A stretch of DNA of 32,000 bases from Synechococcus elongatus PCC 6301 (lineage in GTDB: Bacteria; Cyanobacteriota; Cyanobacteriia; Synechococcales; Synechococcaceae), in NCBI RefSeq assembly GCF_000010065.1, contig NC_006576.1, positions 930,001-962,000 of the forward strand, given 5' to 3'. A program made the position numbers and the translations under genes. This document shows positions 28,647-32,000 of the stretch, piece after piece. The notes under the pieces are model-generated. The model had not been told where the DNA came from. It saw nothing but the letters and a program-made list of their open reading frames with translations, and searched no databases. How positions within the stretch are numbered: position 1 is the stretch's first letter; the number at the start of each line of letters is the position of its first letter.

Positions 28647-29996
28647 TTAGAGGCGCAGGACGCGGCGCAGAATTCCCCGCAGTTGATCAGGGCGCGATTG
28701 ATTGGCTGTAGGTGTTAGCAAGCCTGCGTTCGTCAAAACCTGTTGACGCTGGGCCAACTGCTCGGCCATCACCTGGGATAGGTTTGGACAGCGCTCTAGC
28801 AAATGCCGCAGATTATTGCGATCGACGACAAACAATGTACCTGGTTCGAGGGCAACCACGGTCGCTGTCCGAGGGATGTCGAGCATCACCGCCAACTCCC
28901 CAAAAAAGTTGCCCGATTCGAGAGTGGCGATCGCTTCTTCTCGGCCCTTAACTTGCACACTAAAACGACCGTTCAGAATCAGATAAAACTCTTCGCCGAG
29001 TTCACCCTCACGACAAAGGACGTCACCCACCACGCAAGTGCGACGACGGCCCTTTTCGATCAGCCAGCGAATTTGGCTGTCGTCATAATCCCGGAAGAGA
29101 TCTACCCGTCGTAGCAAGCTGGGTAGGTAGTCGTCGGGTAGTTCGCTAGTTGTCACCGAGCGATGTCGATGCAGGACCAATTGAGGGAAGGGAATTTGAA
29201 TCTCGCGCCGTTCAAATTCACTGGCAATCCGAAAATTCAAATCACTTTTAATCGGCTCAATCAGCTCTGGGCGATCGGTCCAAAAGAGTAATTCGAAGTT
29301 GAGTGTCGAATCGCCAAAACTCCGAAACCAAACGGTCGGCGCTGGTTGAGTGAGTACGCGACTATCTTGGCGAGCGACGGTCAGCAAGGCATCAGTCAGC
29401 CAGAGGGGGTCGGTGCCGTAGGCCACACTGATCGGTAGATGCACGCGGCTGGCTGTATTTTGATAGCTCCAATTAATAATGTTGGAATCGACGAGGCGAT
29501 CGTTGGGCACAATCACGTGGACATGGTCGAGGGTCCGAACGGCTGTTGCCCGAAATGAGATCTTTTCAACTGTTCCTAAAACACCATCTAAACTCACCAG
29601 ATCACCGACCTTAATCGGTTGTTCAATCAGTAGAGTAATGCCACTAAAAAAGCTAGCAGCTAGGCGCTGTAAACCTAGACTTAAGCCAAGGCCCAAAACC
29701 CCTGCTAGCACCGTGAGGGAACTGAGATCGACCCCGATCGCTTGCAGGCCAATGATCAAGATCAAACTCGTCAGTAAATAGCTAGTGATTGTTGCGATCG
29801 CCTCGCGAGGGCCTCGCTCTACACCCAGCCGAACCAAAACAATTTCACGCAACCAGCGGTTCATCTGGCGCATCAGATAGAGCAGCAAACCTGCCAGAAC
29901 CGCCAGCAAAATCAGTGAACCGAGGGAAATCTGGCTACTTCCCAGCCGGAGCAAGGGGGTGCTGGTCCATTGTTCGAGGCGATCAAAAAGATCCAT
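28647..29996 (-). CDS. MscS-family mechanosensitive channel fused to a C-terminal cyclic-nucleotide-binding domain (bCNG-type)
   Basis: It has an MscS core (LIEQPIKVGDLVSLDGVLGTVEKISFRATAVRTLDHVHVIVPN) and a CNBD with an intact phosphate-binding cassette (FFGELAVMLDIPRTATVVA). The ATG at 29996 shares its A with the upstream TGA. A GTG at 29999 is also possible. Confidence 0.85.
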   Translation of the reverse strand: MDLFDRLEQWTSTPLLRLGSSQISLGSLILLAVLAGLLLYLMRQMNRWLREIVLVRLGVERGPREAIATITSYLLTSLILIIGLQAIGVDLSSLTVLAGVLGLGLSLGLQRLAASFFSGITLLIEQPIKVGDLVSLDGVLGTVEKISFRATAVRTLDHVHVIVPNDRLVDSNIINWSYQNTASRVHLPISVAYGTDPLWLTDALLTVARQDSRVLTQPAPTVWFRSFGDSTLNFELLFWTDRPELIEPIKSDLNFRIASEFERREIQIPFPQLVLHRHRSVTTSELPDDYLPSLLRRVDLFRDYDDSQIRWLIEKGRRRTCVVGDVLCREGELGEEFYLILNGRFSVQVKGREEAIATLESGNFFGELAVMLDIPRTATVVALEPGTLFVVDRNNLRHLLERCPNLSQVMAEQLAQRQQVLTNAGLLTPTANQSRPDQLRGILRRVLRL

Positions 29997-31894
29997 CACG
30001 CATGCTCAGACAAGGTGGGATGCTCAGGAGCCCTAGCGCCTGGGACGGGGAGCCTGTTTGGGGCGATCGCCCAACCCTCGACAGCATAGAGGGCGACTTC
30101 GCCATACCCCCGAATTGCAGAGCGCCCCAGCGATCGCGTTTGCAGGCGATCGCCGAGCACCTGCAGCAGGGCTTGACTGATCACAATCGGGGCTTGGAGT
30201 TCCTTGGTCATACTTTCCAAGCGACTGGCCAAGTTGACCGTATCGCCCATCACTGTGAATTCCAGCCGCTGTGGCGAGCCAATGTTTCCTGCAAGGACCG
30301 GCCCACAGTGCATGCCGATGCCGTTATCGAGGGTAGGTCGTCCTTCCGCTTGCCAGCGTTGGTTGAGCTCATGAAGTGCCTGGCGCATCGCCAAAGCAGC
30401 GTCAATTGCAGCGGTAGCATCAGCCGCTTCGCCTTGCGAGAGCGGCGAGCCAAACACCGCCATAACGGCATCACCGATGAATTTATCGATCGTGCCGCCG
30501 ACTTGGGTAATGGCGGCCACCATGGCGGTCAGATATTCGTTGAGTTGGTTGATCAGCGCTTCTTCATCGCCCAAGCTGGCACGATCGCGGGTCAAGGCAG
30601 TAAAGCCGCGCAGATCACAGAACAGGACGGTGACAACTCTCCGCTGGCCTCGCAGCAACTGCTGAGCTTCGAGGGGGCTCTGGAGAATTTCTGCTACCAC
30701 CGCTGGCGCAACATAGCGCTCAAAGGTTTGACGGAGGCGACGACGCTCGACCCCTTCTCGGAGATAGGCCGCCGCACCCGTGCTGACCCCAATCGTCAAA
30801 CTCCCTACCAGCGGCAACAACAGGGGTAAGGCCCAACCCACCAGTAAGCTGACCCAAGCGACGCCTAGCCAGAGCAGAGCACCGCCGATCGACGGGGCAA
30901 TCTGCCAGCGCAGCGATCGCCCTCGTTGGGACAACAGCACGATTGCAATCAGAAACAAACTAATTAGTAAGGCTCGGAGGGAAGCAGATTGGGGCCAGAA
31001 CCGCAGCCCGGAGCGATCGCGATCGTTAGCGAGGGCGGTGGCTAAAATTTCGACTCCGGCCTGAACACCCCAAGGGGTCGCATGCTGATCCTGCAAGGAG
31101 GCAGCAGTGGGGCCAATCAAAATGAGGCGATCGCGCACTCGGCCTTGAATCCGCTGCCACTCAGCATCATCCAAAACTTGCCAGGCTGAAATCTGCGGTA
31201 GGTGCCCGCGTGGGCCGTAGTAGCGCAGAGCACGGGCCGGCGATTGCTGCGTCTGTAAAGTCTCAGGCAAACTGGGCAAGAGCGGCAGCCCGAGAGGTTC
31301 AACGACCGTTTCGCGGTAGCGAGCAGGGTGATCGAGGATTTGGCCGTTATCCGCGGGTAGCGTATTGATGTAGCCGACTCGCAGATTGGGACCGAGGGTT
31401 TCAGTCAAGGAGCCTAGGCTCAATCCGCCCCCACTGCCATCCGGCTCGCGATACTCCGTCGCCAAGCTGATGCGATCGCCGTAGCGCTGTAGCCGCTGGG
31501 CCAGAGCCGCATCATCAGCAGGCCCAAAGGCGCTAGGCGTCACAAACAGGAGGTCGATCGCGATCGCCCGAGCACCGGCAGCAAACAGGCGATCGATGAT
31601 TTGGGCATAGATTGCTCGCGGCCACGGGAAGCCCTCTAAGTCTTGCGCCCAGGCCGGAGCACGGGGATCATCCCGAAAGAAGGCCGCTTGATCAAAGCTG
31701 GCATCGTCGATTTTGACGATCAGCAAATCATTGGGCGCTGGGCGTGTGCCCTGCAGCAGTAACAACTGCTGTTGCAACGCTCGGTCGGTCCGCTGCAACG
31801 TGCGGGGCATCCAAGCGGTCAAACCACCCAACAGCAGGCTGGCCGTGATCAATAAGCGCCAGCACCAACGATCGATCGGGTTGGACTGCATCAT
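29996..31894 (-). CDS. CHASE2-domain sensor fused to a class III adenylate/guanylate cyclase
   Basis: 632 aa. It has an N-terminal TM, an extracytoplasmic CHASE2-like domain of about 300 aa, a TM bundle (about aa 335-400), and a cyclase domain with metal Asp residues (VLFCDLRGFT, FIGDAVMAVFG) and the VNLASRLES Asn/Arg motif. Confidence 0.85.
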   Translation of the reverse strand: MMQSNPIDRWCWRLLITASLLLGGLTAWMPRTLQRTDRALQQQLLLLQGTRPAPNDLLIVKIDDASFDQAAFFRDDPRAPAWAQDLEGFPWPRAIYAQIIDRLFAAGARAIAIDLLFVTPSAFGPADDAALAQRLQRYGDRISLATEYREPDGSGGGLSLGSLTETLGPNLRVGYINTLPADNGQILDHPARYRETVVEPLGLPLLPSLPETLQTQQSPARALRYYGPRGHLPQISAWQVLDDAEWQRIQGRVRDRLILIGPTAASLQDQHATPWGVQAGVEILATALANDRDRSGLRFWPQSASLRALLISLFLIAIVLLSQRGRSLRWQIAPSIGGALLWLGVAWVSLLVGWALPLLLPLVGSLTIGVSTGAAAYLREGVERRRLRQTFERYVAPAVVAEILQSPLEAQQLLRGQRRVVTVLFCDLRGFTALTRDRASLGDEEALINQLNEYLTAMVAAITQVGGTIDKFIGDAVMAVFGSPLSQGEAADATAAIDAALAMRQALHELNQRWQAEGRPTLDNGIGMHCGPVLAGNIGSPQRLEFTVMGDTVNLASRLESMTKELQAPIVISQALLQVLGDRLQTRSLGRSAIRGYGEVALYAVEGWAIAPNRLPVPGARAPEHPTLSEHA

Positions 31895-32000
31895 CCGTTC
31901 TCAGCGCGCGACTGCTCAGCCCAACAGGGCCACAAGCGTCAAGTCCAATGTCAGTGGCAGCGTAACACCTTCGCGCGATCGCCCTTCAAGCCCAATTGAA

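Noticed and set aside
29789-30829. 346-aa plus-strand ORF antisense to the cyclase gene; also 14128..15006 (antisense to GT9), 20598..21179 (antisense to hemF) and 6250..6864 (alternate frame of CPBP)
   Set aside because: Each lies opposite or out of frame to a gene with clear family motifs. The translations are Arg/Gly/Ala-rich low-information sequence, typical of spurious ORFs in roughly 57% GC DNA.
28647-31894. Considered calling the cyclase plus CNBD-membrane-protein pair a Pycsar-type antiphage system
   Set aside because: The cyclase is a large CHASE2 membrane sensor with a Lys/Thr (ATP-type) specificity pair. The effector is a full MscS channel rather than a minimal TM or TIR killer. 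The locus has host-typical HIP1 density and housekeeping neighbours. I kept it as a signalling module and listed a defence role only as a testable alternative.

Overview
This is a gene-dense chromosomal segment (about 90% coding) from a unicellular cyanobacterium. The gene content runs psbB-psbT, nrdR, rps1, clpS, groEL2-fabG, ispD, a glycine-rich RRM protein, tRNA-Val, a Pex-like PadR regulator, hemF, mutY, a group-2 sigma factor and pyrB. Together with the extreme density of the HIP1 octamer GCGATCGC (about 95 copies by my manual count, roughly one per 340 bp), this is what I would expect from the Synechococcus elongatus PCC 7942/6301 lineage. I cannot run a search to confirm that. I support about 39 protein-coding genes, 2 of them short ORFs below the 60-aa track cutoff, plus one tRNA, two intrinsic terminators and several RNA hairpins. 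I found no rRNA, CRISPR array, transposase, integrase or phage genes, so this looks like core genome rather than an accessory island. The observations most worth a second look are: (1) a CHASE2-sensor class III nucleotide cyclase whose stop codon overlaps the start of a cNMP-binding MscS-type channel, giving a self-contained sensor -> second messenger -> channel pair; (2) a MutY whose C-terminal domain keeps a perfect, MutT-like Nudix catalytic box and whose GTG start overlaps the stop of a group-2 sigma factor gene; (3) a clean 40-codon single-TM ORF missing from the ORF track; (4) an SD-sequestering hairpin in the rbp leader and mutually exclusive hairpins ahead of nrdR; (5) all seven convergent gene junctions overlap or are no more than 14 nt apart, including a 38-nt overlap at the 3' end of the pex-like gene; (6) a 2.27-kb HIP1-free stretch containing a low-GC fatty-acid-hydroxylase gene next to tRNA-Val. 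All functional calls come from reading the translations against remembered family hallmarks. No database search was run.
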